From Zootoca vivipara (lineage: Eukaryota): a stretch of 64,000 nt of DNA. The DNA lies in assembly GCF_963506605.1 (NCBI RefSeq), contig NC_083289.1, forward strand, positions 10,850,001 to 10,914,000. Reading direction: 5' to 3'. Under the pieces are notes generated by a model. It did not search any database, was not told the DNA's origin, and saw only the letters and a list, made by a program, of their open reading frames with translations. How positions within the stretch are numbered: position 1 is the stretch's first letter; each line of letters opens with the position of its first letter. Shown here piece by piece: positions 44,769 through 56,700 of this stretch. The position numbers and the translations under genes were made by a program.

Positions 44769-47700
44769 TCATTTCCAGTTTCTCTGAGGAACTGGCATGT
44801 TCATTTATTGTACTCTAAATCTGGAAGGCAGACCGCCTCAGTAATATTTGTCTATTTTATTTGATAGTCCATTGCCTGTTGAAAGTATTTCTGTTTAACA
44901 GTGTTTTTAGAGAATTAATTTCATTCAATCTTGGTCATTGCTGTGCAATTCAGGGTTTTACCATTTTATGAGGTTTTAATGATTTCATTTGTACAGAAAC
45001 ATGATATTTATGAGTGGGCAGATTATGAATAAGATAAAATAAATGTGTCAGGGATGTAAAGCAGATTGTGCTCCAACCAGAAGGGTGCCTCCAAGAGCAA
45101 TCAGTTTTTCTTCGAAGGATAGGCATGAATGGCAGTGAAGAATGCCACTGGTGTGGGGCAAAATAAAAAAATTCCTTCAGTAGCACCTTAAAGACCAACT
45201 AAGTTTATATTTTGGTATGAGCTTTCGTGTGCATGCACACTTCTTCAGATACACTAGGTATATATTTATATTTAGCTAGTGTATCTGAAGAAGTGTGCAT
45301 GCACACGAAAGCTCATAACAAAATATAAACTTAGTTGGTCTTTAAGGTGCTACTGAAGGAATTTTTTTATTTTGCTTCGACTCAGACCAACACGGCTACC
45401 TACCTGTAACTGGTGTGGGGGCTCATCATGTTCCCTGCACCTGGTGATGCAACCATTGCTCTTCAATAATGTACTTGCCAAAAAAAAGGGAAAAAAAGAA
45501 TGTACACCAGCCCCTTCACCTGCAAATCTCCATAACTGGGGCATTCCAAGTCAGGATGAAGTGATGGAAACTTAGAGAGAAACGACAATAGTCTAACTCA
45601 ATATGGCTGCCCCATATTTCAGACCACCCCAAGATGTCTCCAGAACTTGATGTAATCTGTGCTCTTTTCTGCACCTGATTAAAACATTTCTGTTTATCTG
45701 AGATTAAGCTGAGATTAAAGCACATGTCTTTTTAGCCTACTGTTTGAATTGAATCTTCTGAATTACCCCCCTATTATTGTCCATGGCAGGTCGCTCAACC
45801 ATTGCTGTGTCCTTTCTTTTAGCAGATCAAGATGATCAGGTGGCAGCAAAAACTGCAAGGTTTTTAGTGGGGGCAATTAGAATAATATCTATTATTTGAT
45901 TATTGAAGTAAACCTCCAAAATGTATTTTATATAGTTAAGTTTTTACCTCTATCTTCAGTACATTTTATTTTATTGCTATGGCTAGTAGCTGATGCAAAT
46001 AAAGATTCTTCTCATTCTGATTCTTCTGAATGTTTTTAAGTATCTGTTTTTAACTATTAAAGGATAATTTTTATGTTTTATGTTTATTGTTTGTAAACCG
46101 CTTAGAGGTTTTATTGCAGCCAAGCGGTATATAAATACTGTTAAATAAAGAGAAAAATGAAACATGCTTGTGACTATGTTCTCGGAGGTTACAGGCTACT
46201 ACAAGAAGGGAGAAACAGCAGTGGAAGGTGTCAGTACAGCTACTGGTTAGCCAAGAGATGCTCCCACACAGCTGTGTGTTGGATCAATTACCATTTCAGA
46301 GTCACTGTGACAGGGCTGCCCAAGTCTGGCTGCACAGCCGGGCTCAGGGTGAGGAGGTTGGTCAAGGGAGAGAAGGAATTCAAAACTGTCATCGTAATCC
46401 TCTTCCTCCGTATCCCCCTCCCAATCAGCAAAAGCACCTCTAGTCAAGAAATCAGAGCGTGTCCGTGCCATGCGGGCTTTCTTTTTATGGGCTGGTCTGG
46501 CAACCTGCTTGATACCAAACGATAAAACAAATAACATGAAAATGCTTTAAACAAACAAACAAACAAAAAGGACAACATGTGATTCTGCTGCTGTTTGAAG
46601 TCAAACAAAGGGGAACATGCAACCATAAGGATTAAAATAAAAGGCTAATTTCCAAATGCAAGTTGGGGGGGGGGAGTAAACAAGTTGGTAGTAAGCAACA
46701 AAAATGAAGGACAGCACAAAGAAAATGTATTGTAATGGAAACCAATAAAAACAATGGGGGGGACAGAAACAAACAGCACAATTGCTTTTGACACAGCTTA
46801 TGTGTAGGGTCAATTCAGGGCAGGACTTGGACTCAGTTCTCACTGAGATGGTAATCCAGTGGTTGGGCTGGACTTCAGACTGCAGGTGGGCACCCTAGCA
46901 AACTTCCTGAACATGCTAGTTTTCTATGTGCACAGATTTGTTATTTTGAAGGACCATTCATTCATGTGAATTCCCACCTGTAGCCTGAAGTAGTACAGTC
47001 CACAAACACCCTTACTACCTCAGTGAAAACCAAGTGAATGGTTTATCTTTGTATTGCTGTCTGTAGAGCACTCTTAAACCTTGCAATTGCTTCCCTACTG
47101 ATAAAATCCTGCTCCATCCCTTTACTCTCATACTGTTAGAAGGTAGCCAACAGAATAAAAAAATTCTACCAAAGAAAGATAAGGTTGTTGCATACCTCTC
47201 CCCTACTTTGTCCAGAAACCTTTAATGGTTTTTTATGTTCTTCTTTTGGAAGCAATGCTGAAGATTCTTTGCTGAAACTAGAAAACATAATTATTGCAGA
47301 TTGACCCACAACAGGTCCGATACATACTCCAGGATGCATAGTTTGGGAAAGGCATCTGCAAGTCACATACATTGTTGTAATCCAGGGATGGAAACTCGGC
47401 CTTCCAATTGTTGCTAGACTTCAATTCTCATCAGCCTCAGCCAGCACGGCCAATCCTCAGGGCTGATGGGAGTCGCATACCAACATTTGGAGGGCCACAC
47501 TGTCTGCAACCCTGTTGAAATCCTTGCAATTACCCTGCATGTTAGATCAGGATTATTACCCCCATATTGTGGGACAGGAGCAAGCTAAGATGGAATGGTT
47601 TGCTTAAGGTCACCAATTTATTTCATGACAGAGCAAGATTTGAGCCCTCTTCTATTCATAGCAAAGCCTCTCAGTCAGTACCGGTACTACATTATATCCC

Positions 47701-50700
47701 CAGTCTCAGAAGTGTATAACCGGTGTCTGGGTAAAGTTTCTGAAACTGAAGATGACCAAATAAGAGGACAAGTGCTTCAGCACTCTGAATAGGTTCATAT
47801 CCCTTCCTATGAATGGCAGAAAACAAAGATTGTGGAAAATATAAAATATTGTAAATCTACTTAAGGTGCATACTTTACATAGGTTGAAGAATTTTAACTT
47901 TGGGGGTAGAACATTGATTTCTTAAGCACAGAGTAAAACAGTGAAATTTTTTCACATACAGACTCCCAACATCATCACTATCAATATATATATAGACCCC
48001 TCTCTCCAATTAATACTGTTCTGGGTTGGAGGTAAGTTACACATGTTCCTGTGTAAATGTCAATATGCATACAAATGGAAAAGCCAGAACATATATGTAT
48101 ACTAAAAATATAAATCTACTACAGGAACACCACATAGAAAACAAAAGAAACAAATGCCATTTTGATGTTTGAATTTTTCCATGTGCATGATTTTTCTGGG
48201 GGAAGAATCCTTTGGTTTTCTTCCATGCGGTTAATATTTCTAGGAGGGCTCAGGCCTTGTGAAAGTGAAAGTGAAATAGAAATACTGCAACATCATACTC
48301 ACTTAAGACCCACATGACTGTCCTTTGGGGTAAAGAAAATAGAACCACCTCTAGTTTCAGTAGAAGAGCTTTCAGTACCCTGGCGAGGAATTCGGGGCAA
48401 CCTGAACCGTTTTTCTCTTGCAGGCAGATTGCTCAAGCCTTCTTGAGATTCAGCAGCCTTTTGCAAGTTTAACTGATCTTTTCCTGCAGACTGCTGAACA
48501 ACTGGGGTCTTGTCTTCCTTTCGTTCCAGGATCATGATGATAGTCTTTTCTTTCTGGGTCTTCTGGCAAACAGGTGGGCTTCTTTTTGTTGTGACAGTAA
48601 GACCTTTAATATCCACCATTGAAGTGGGCCCTGCACTTGTTGTAAGACAAGGCTCCTCTTTGCTCTGGGGACTCCCAATGAGGAGAGATTGAGGCTTGTC
48701 TGTTTTCTTTGGTGACCTGATAGAGGCTCCTTGAGAGGATTCCCTGACCCTATTCTGCTGTTCAAAAACTTTACGCTGCTTCCCCAAAATTTCCTTCTGC
48801 TGTCGAATCTGCTCCATCATTTCTTTCTCGTTCTGCAGTTGCTTTTGTTTCTGGCGCTCTTCCTTCTCCACATTTAGCTTCTCCAGCTTCTTGATAACTG
48901 GATCTGAAGATAGCATTTCTGAAGCAGGGCCCTCTTGTCCACTGAAGGAAGGCTGACATTCCCCATGAAAGGCTCTGCTCTGCCCTGACCTGTCCAGTTC
49001 AGTGGTATGCTTGGCTTCTGGGAACAAAAACTTCCCCCCTATTTCCATTCGCTTGTTCCTCAAATTGTTCTCTATAACTGACTGGCCAGCTCTGAGACTG
49101 TCCTGTGGCGGCAGGTAAAATGTAGGTAGGCTGCTTGAAATGAGTGGCTCTCTTGTGTGCAAGTTGTAGACAACACCTTGAGAATCGCAAACTGATCCAC
49201 CTTTAGCAGCAAGGCACTCTGGTAATTCAGAGCTTGAGGCCAAACTTTTTCCACCCAACACATTTCTATTTATATCTGCATCAAGGACGGGGATGCATTT
49301 AACATTGTCAGATTTAGGGCTATTTGGTAACGAGTTTTTGGGATCAGGCTCGTGTAGCAAGGTTGGGTCCTGCTTGCCCTTCTGAGTGTCTTCATGGCTC
49401 AGCATCTCTAGACTTCCCTGAGAGCTTTCACTCTCTGGAGTTCCCCTGGGAGATTGCGTGTCTTCAGAAATCATCTCTGGTGACCACTGATGCTCTTCTG
49501 AGGGAGAAGCCCCACCAGTGGACCGAACCTTAAGCAATTCCAAACTAAATATTTCCTGTTCCAATTCACGCATCCGCCGGCTCTCTCGCTTTGCACGAAC
49601 TCCTTTCTTTTGGTTGAGGTCTTCCAATGACTTGGGTCTCTCTCTCACAAGAACTTGCTCATCTATGCTCTCTCCACTCTGGCTGTTGGCTCTCCCATAG
49701 TGTTTGTACAATAAAGCCTCAGAATTATCCAAGGGATCAATCTGACCCACTCTGTTTTCAATCACTGACTTATGTTCTTCCACAGCTTTCACTCGCTCTT
49801 CAAATGAACGATCTTCCCATTCAGAAGGATCTGATCCTGTAATATCCAGGTTGTCCACTGGTACAAGTCCATCCTCTTCTTTAACTGCCAGTCCATTCCT
49901 CAATGGAGCCTCTCTTAAGCTTTGCTCCTTTAAAATCCTCAACCTTTTTTAAAAAGAAAGAAAAGAGATTTCAGAATTATGTGTTGCCAATTTCTCACCC
50001 TTCTCTTTAAAGCATTGCAAGGGTTTGGATTAGATGACCCCTGGGGTACTTTCCAAATCTACAATTCTATGAGACTTTCCTTTTTCTTCCAAGCTTCTTC
50101 CTCTAGCAATATGGCAATATTATTAAGTCAATCACCATTACTAGGAACAATAAAATGTAAAAGAAAGAAAGAAAAGTGAAATTAATAACAATACCATACT
50201 TGAGAAGATATGAGGTGTGTGTGATGGGTTTTAACAAGTATGAAAACCACGCTGTAATTAACCCTTTAATGGCCTTTATTTCTGAGCTCATTGTTCCTAA
50301 TTAAATTTGCTGCAGCATTCCACTGAAACTTCTTTACACCCCTTGGCCCTTTTCTACTCCCTTTCAATCCCTTGGTTTTTATTCACCTGCTGCACTTCAG
50401 GGGGTCAATACCGGCTACTTTGGGAAATCCTGATTTACACGCACTTTTGTCCTCCCATGAAGGTTACAAGTATTACCTCTGCCGTGCTTTGTATCCTCTA
50501 TATGCTGCTTGCAACAAAATCACTTTGTTTCTCTTGGCCCTGTAGACACTTCTGGTGTGGTAGCTTCGCCATTTTGCCTGGACGATGGTAGCTGCAGCAT
50601 TCCGGTGCCTCAAGCATTCCCGCCAGTAGCTCTGGATAATGAAGCCAGCCACCCGCATCTGCTGAAATCTTCTCCTTGCCACAAAGCCTCGCCAGTAGGC

Positions 50701-53700
50701 TTGAAGAACAACTGCTGCCTTGCCTAAACAGATGGAATTGTTCAGGGACTCTTCTTCCTCAGCTTGCTTTCTTCTTTGGTAACTACGCCAGTATTGCTAT
50801 GGGAAGAGTGAGAGAAAATATTTTCCAGTACTCCATACTGAGTCAGATTCCCTTAAAAGAAAGATCCTTGAAAACAATATCTAACAAAGATCCAGTAGCA
50901 TAACCACAATTTCGCCTATTAATAAGACCAAGTGGTATTGAATGAAGAAGAAAGGCTGAACAGCCATTATCTTATTCTCGTGGATGACCAATCTGTACTC
51001 GGGTTAAAAAAAAAAGTTTAAAAATGATGAGGTGCAAGCATTTTTAAAGCTGGTGTCTTACTGACATTTAAGATGACAGAAGACAAAGCAAAAGAGAGTA
51101 CAATCATGTTTTTCAATAACAACCTGGACAAATACTTTGTGGTATGAATGAAATTGAGAAGTGACTTTTAGTGTTAGTAAAAATATACACATGACATGAA
51201 AATAATTTTCTTAACTATGCATAAATATACTGACAGATGCCTTACTATGTATTAAACTCTTCCACATTCCTTATTATTACAATGCCACTGTACTGCACAT
51301 AACTATGCCCTCATTTCCACACAACACCAAGCCAAACCATGGTTTAGTGTGAACGAGCATGTTCCTAGATAAGAGTTTGTGGTCTCTGCTCCCCCTCAGT
51401 GGTTCTGCTGCTGTGCTGCACTGAGCCAAGCCATGGTTTGGTTTAGTGGAGAGCTTTCCAAACCGTGTGTCACAACACGTTAGTGTGTCAGCTGCAGTGT
51501 GTGGGTATGTTGTGCGAATGCTCTTACAAGGGGTTAGTTTAACCTCCGGTTTGCTAGCAAAACTGAATTACTATGTCACAAAATGATGCATATCTAAAAA
51601 GTTTGTCAGCAACGTGAACGGTTTGGAAAGCTCTGGTTTAGTGTGTCATCCAAACCATGGCTAAATGAGCAAAATCTGGAGTGGAGATTGTGATCGCTTT
51701 GTTTCTCCTTTGATTATCTTACTGCTGCACTGTGCTGTGCTAAGTTTGGCTGTGTTTTGTCCAAACCCAGGTTCATGGTTTAGAGAAATCATGAGCTGCA
51801 AACCAAAGGCTAAATCTTGGTTACAGTTTGCAATTTGTCCGGAGCGAGTTTAACCCCAAGTCTGTGTTCAAAATCAGCACAGTGCAGCAACAAAATGACT
51901 GAGGAGAAGCAAAGCATTCACAATCTCCTCTCTGGGAGTGTACACATTTTCTTGTGCAAAGGAAGGCATGGTTTGGCTTAGTTTTATGTACAAACCAGTC
52001 CTATATGTAACATAAAAGAAACAGCTTTTGTCTTGAGATAAATGTCAGGCATCCTAAATGTCTGAAATTACTGGAAATCACACTGTTGACACCCACCTGT
52101 ATGACCACAGCTGCCTGCTTCAAATTCAGGAACTGCCTCCTGTAGAGCATAGTGCGGAACCAGCTCTGCAGTAGAGTGATCCTTCGCAACACCTCCTCAT
52201 GCAGTAGGCCTTGTAGAAGCTGACGTCCCTGCTCTTTCATGAAAACCTAACAACGTTGAGAGCAATAATAAATGCATATTTATTAATGAACAAATTACTG
52301 TCAGTTCCCAACCAGACACCTATAAAGATTTCTGCAAAATAATTGCAATGGTGTAAGTATCAGAAGAGGACGCGGGTGGCGCTGTAGGTTAAACCACACA
52401 GCCTAGGGCTTGCCAATCAAGAAGGTCAGTGGTTCGAATTCCCGCGACAGGGTGAGCTCCCGTTGTTCGGTCCCAGCTCCTGCCAACCTAGCAGTTTGAA
52501 AGCACATCAAAGTGCAAGTAGATAAATAGGTACTGCTCTGGCGGGAAGGTAAACGGCGTTTCCGTGCACTGCTCTGGTTCGCCCGAGCGGCTTAGTCATC
52601 ATGCTGGCCACATGACTCTGAAGCTATACGCCGGCTTCCTCGGCCAGTAAAGCGAGATGTGCGCCACAACCCCAGAGTCGTCCGCGGCTGGACCTAATGG
52701 TCAGGGGTCCCTTTACCTTTACTACTACTACTACTACTAATAATAATAATTTATTATTTATACCCCGCCCATCTAGCTGGGTTTCCCCAGCCACTCTGGG
52801 CGGCTTCCAACAGAAATATTAAAATACAATAGTTTATTAAACATTAAAAGCTTCCCTAAAAGCTTTAAGTATCAGAAGACAGGAATAACCTGTTCTGCCC
52901 ACCAATCTCAGCACTCACATGGGAAAAAGAGCCTGAATATTCATCCAGAGACACACATATGGGTGAACATATGGAATCTTATGGACTTCTTTGTTGGGTT
53001 TTACCTCAAGTCTGCAGCCTGAATACTTTTAAAAAAATATGAAGGGGGTGAGGGAATCACCACAAATTATTTTTTTAATTTTTTAAAGACACACAGTGAA
53101 GCAAATCCACAAAATGACTTTTAAATAAAATAAGGGTCACATTTACCTCAGAATCTTCCTCTCCCCACCTTATTCTAGCATCTGGGGCAACTTTGGCATG
53201 GCAAAAAAAGTCTTGGGGAGTTGTCATTTTGAGTTCTACCAGATGTTGTCTTATTTACATGCAACACTAAAATTGTGGCAACTTTGATTCCCTCTGCTCA
53301 TTTTGCTGACGGACTGCACCAAGCTAAGCTATGTCACAGTTTGACTTAGTATGCTGTCCCAGTCTGGGTTCATGGTTTAGCTCTCCCTGACAAACCACAA
53401 GCTGTAAACCATAGGACAAACCTTTGTGACAGTGTGTGGTTTGTCTGCAGAAAGCTAAGCTATGAGCTCAGGTCTGGACAACATGTTGAGCCAAACTAAA
53501 GCTTAGCTCAGAGAAGCAGCAAAATGACTGGCAAGGAGCAAACAGCTCAAATCTCCTCTCTGGGAGCCCATACATTTGCTTGTTATCAATACATGGTCTA
53601 TGTTATCAATACATGCTAAATGGGTCACTGTATAATATACAGATATACACTGTATAATATACAGATTATACACTGTGTATAGCTAAAAAACACCATTATG

Positions 53701-56700
53701 GCAGCAGAGTACACCCATATTTGATACTAGAAAGGAACAAATGTATTTTAATATTGTCTCAGGGAGCAAAAGGGAAATGAGGCTTTGAACGTACCATTGT
53801 TCGTCCCACTTGATAATTGTCAGGGTTGGTCTTTGTTTTCCTTAAGAATTCTTGGATATTCTCCTTGGATGGTACCATGCCTCTCGGCAGGAGTACATGA
53901 AAATGATCCACAAACTCCTGAAAAATTAGGCATACCTCTGCATGTTACTTAACACATTTTGTCATTTTACTTTGAAAGTTCATTGAAGTCAACTCTGTAT
54001 CTATGGAAATAAAGACTGCCTCAGTAGATGAGATGAGAAACAGGGATCATTCCACCAGCTCTGCTGAAAGACTAGCTTCTGCCCTGAGCTGTTTCTATGT
54101 TGGATGATCATTACAAGAACTACTATTTAGGAACTGGTGCCTGACTTTGCTTTTTTCCTCTTCCTTCTGTGGTCCCCTTTCTCTGGTGTGTCATGCTTTT
54201 TTAGATCATAAGCCTGAAGGGACTGTTTTGTTTTAACTGTTTGTATGCAAGCAGCTCTGGGAGGTTTTTCAGCTGACAAGTGGAGTACAAATGTTCTAAA
54301 TGCATAATCAATAAATAAACATAGCAATCCTGAAAAGGACTGTCATTGTGGATACCGAAAAGTAACAGTTTTAATTGTGTATTATATTCAAAGCTCTCTA
54401 GTTTACACAACTGAGTTAATCAGAAAGGTATGAAAGCTTGGGGTGGGCAGGGAGCAATATTAAGCTCTCCCCACCCACATCGCTCTGGTGGCTGTATGGA
54501 AAATGTGACACCGGGATGCAAAAATCTACATAGGCTTTCCAAGGAAGCTTCACGACCAGTTCATGATCACTGATCTCTGCAGCAAAAAACAACAACACAA
54601 AAACACTAATTCATGGATTTTTTGAAACTGACATTTCATTCTAATGTAACATTCCTCTATGTTGCAGAATCATTAAATTTGCCCTTAATGGAGTAACACT
54701 TGTACATGGTTGGGATTAGAAGATTATCCAATAAACTAATTCTCTTCCACTAGGAAGAAAGCTAAGTAAGACTATGGAGGGTTTTATAAAACAGATCATT
54801 TCAAGAAATGTAACTTGGAGTAAACAAGAACTTCAGCTTTGGGTGTATGACAAAGTATATAATGGAAAACGTTTACAAAAACAATGAGCAAAACACATTA
54901 TAGTTAACACATCTGTATAATCACAGCCAATTTGTAGCTTCAGAAAAACTACGGTACATGGAAAATAAAGCTAATGATTTATTAAAATCAGAAGGCTACC
55001 TTTTGCACTAAGTTCAAATCATACGCTTTCAAAGGAGCACAATAGAGGCTATCACTCTGAATAACTCACTCCAAGTAGTTCAATGCACAACACTAGTGTA
55101 GCAGGAATATGGTCGACCTTTCCTTTAATTAACATGTTGATTTGGAAATGTGTTTTGTAAAAGTATAATACTGTAATTCACAAATGTTTTACACAAATAT
55201 CACTATTTCCTGCACAATGTTTCTACAGCATCCCTCCTTTCCTTCACTGATTTTCTATTTACTTCTCAGTCCTTGCCGAATAGCAGCTGCAGCTCACAAT
55301 GAACATTCCCAGCCACAACTCTGCATGCTTGCAAGCACTAATTTGACATGGCTATTTGTTCTGCCAGTTGCATCATTTTTAGCTGCAGAAATAATACCTT
55401 TCATACACTTATGCATTCACCTACATTTAAATCAAGAAATTGCCTAACTGACCGTAGTCCCTTGGAGCCCACTTCACCAATACTTTTTTGGGAGATTCAA
55501 ATAATCTAACCTTGAAGGTGAATTTGGAACTATATCCTGACTGTCGTATGCGCACTGTCTCTCGCATCCCTGTGTATCGCAGCTGTCTAAGCACCTGGTT
55601 GTCACTGAACCTCAGGGGAAGCTGAAAAAGCAAAACATACAAGGGCCAAACAGTTACACATTGACTGCAAGTTCATCCAGGTAAGCAAGTTTCTATGGGT
55701 GACTTTGATGGCTACCAGGGCTCACCGGTCCTTTGCTGACGGCTGCCCTTTAAATAGATCTCAGTCTACACCACCAGAATCAACCAGGCAATGGCTTCTA
55801 AGGAGGCTCCACTTGGGAAAAGGAAGGGTGGAGCACTCTCAGTCATGTTCCTGATGCAAGGGAAGGAGCCCAGCTGCCGTACCTCAGGCAGAATGAAGGG
55901 TATGGGGACAGGGAGGATATAAAAAGCCTAAGAGAGTAGGAAAAAGGAGTGAAGCCCAGTGGAGACAGAGAACAGTCTGAGCACCTAAATAAGGCTCTTC
56001 CACAGACACTGGGGCAACTTGATCCTTGGTCAAAGGCCTTCTTCAGCCCCAGAGAATGCAGTTAAGAGAGGAAATATCAGTAGTCTGTTTATCTAGTCCC
56101 CAACACCCGGGGAGGCATAGGAATCCTAGACTTCAGCCTGCCAAGGCTAATGGTATGGAGCGGTATATCCAGTGCTTTTTTTTAAAAGGGGGTCTTCTTC
56201 TTCTTTGGCGAACACTCGTAGCTGAGTAAGATTGTCTTCTATAAACACGGTTTTAACAATGAGTCCGTAAGTGACTGTGGAGGTCAATTCTGGATCTACA
56301 CTTCCTTCCACAGTGCGGACATTGGTTTCCGGGCAGGAGTTGATCATGGTGTGGATTTGCCAAGCGCACCTTCCTCTTAGCACGTTTCTCCCTTGTGTCT
56401 TGAGATCGAGTGTCTTCAAAAAAGGGGTACGCAAAGGTACGCAGTACCGGCACATCTTTTTGTTGTTGTTGTTGAAAAGTGTGCCACTTACTCTAACAAC
56501 TTCATGGTGAGTTGTTTTCTCTAGAAAAAAAAAGCACTGTCCTCTTTGGCATGAGACCCCGAGGTAACAATTTTTCACAGCCCTCTAAGCTGCTATGGTG
56601 GCTCATTTACCAGAAGTAATGTATTTAGTGTTAAGTCCATCCAAGGCTTGGTTTGGTCAAAATCGAGCACACACTTCCAGAGTTAACACTAAATACATTA

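Larger units (their letters stand above)
45159..45408. mobile_element. Penelope-like element remnant (inverted pseudo-LTR pair)
   Basis: 100-bp inverted arms, 12-bp TSD ACTGGTGTGGGG, hammerhead core in each arm. Confidence 0.8.

Noticed and set aside
54127-54327. Lys/Arg-rich ORF as an extra MYO9A exon
   Set aside because: Flanking motor exons join in frame without it, it has no recognisable homology, and it runs into a stop.
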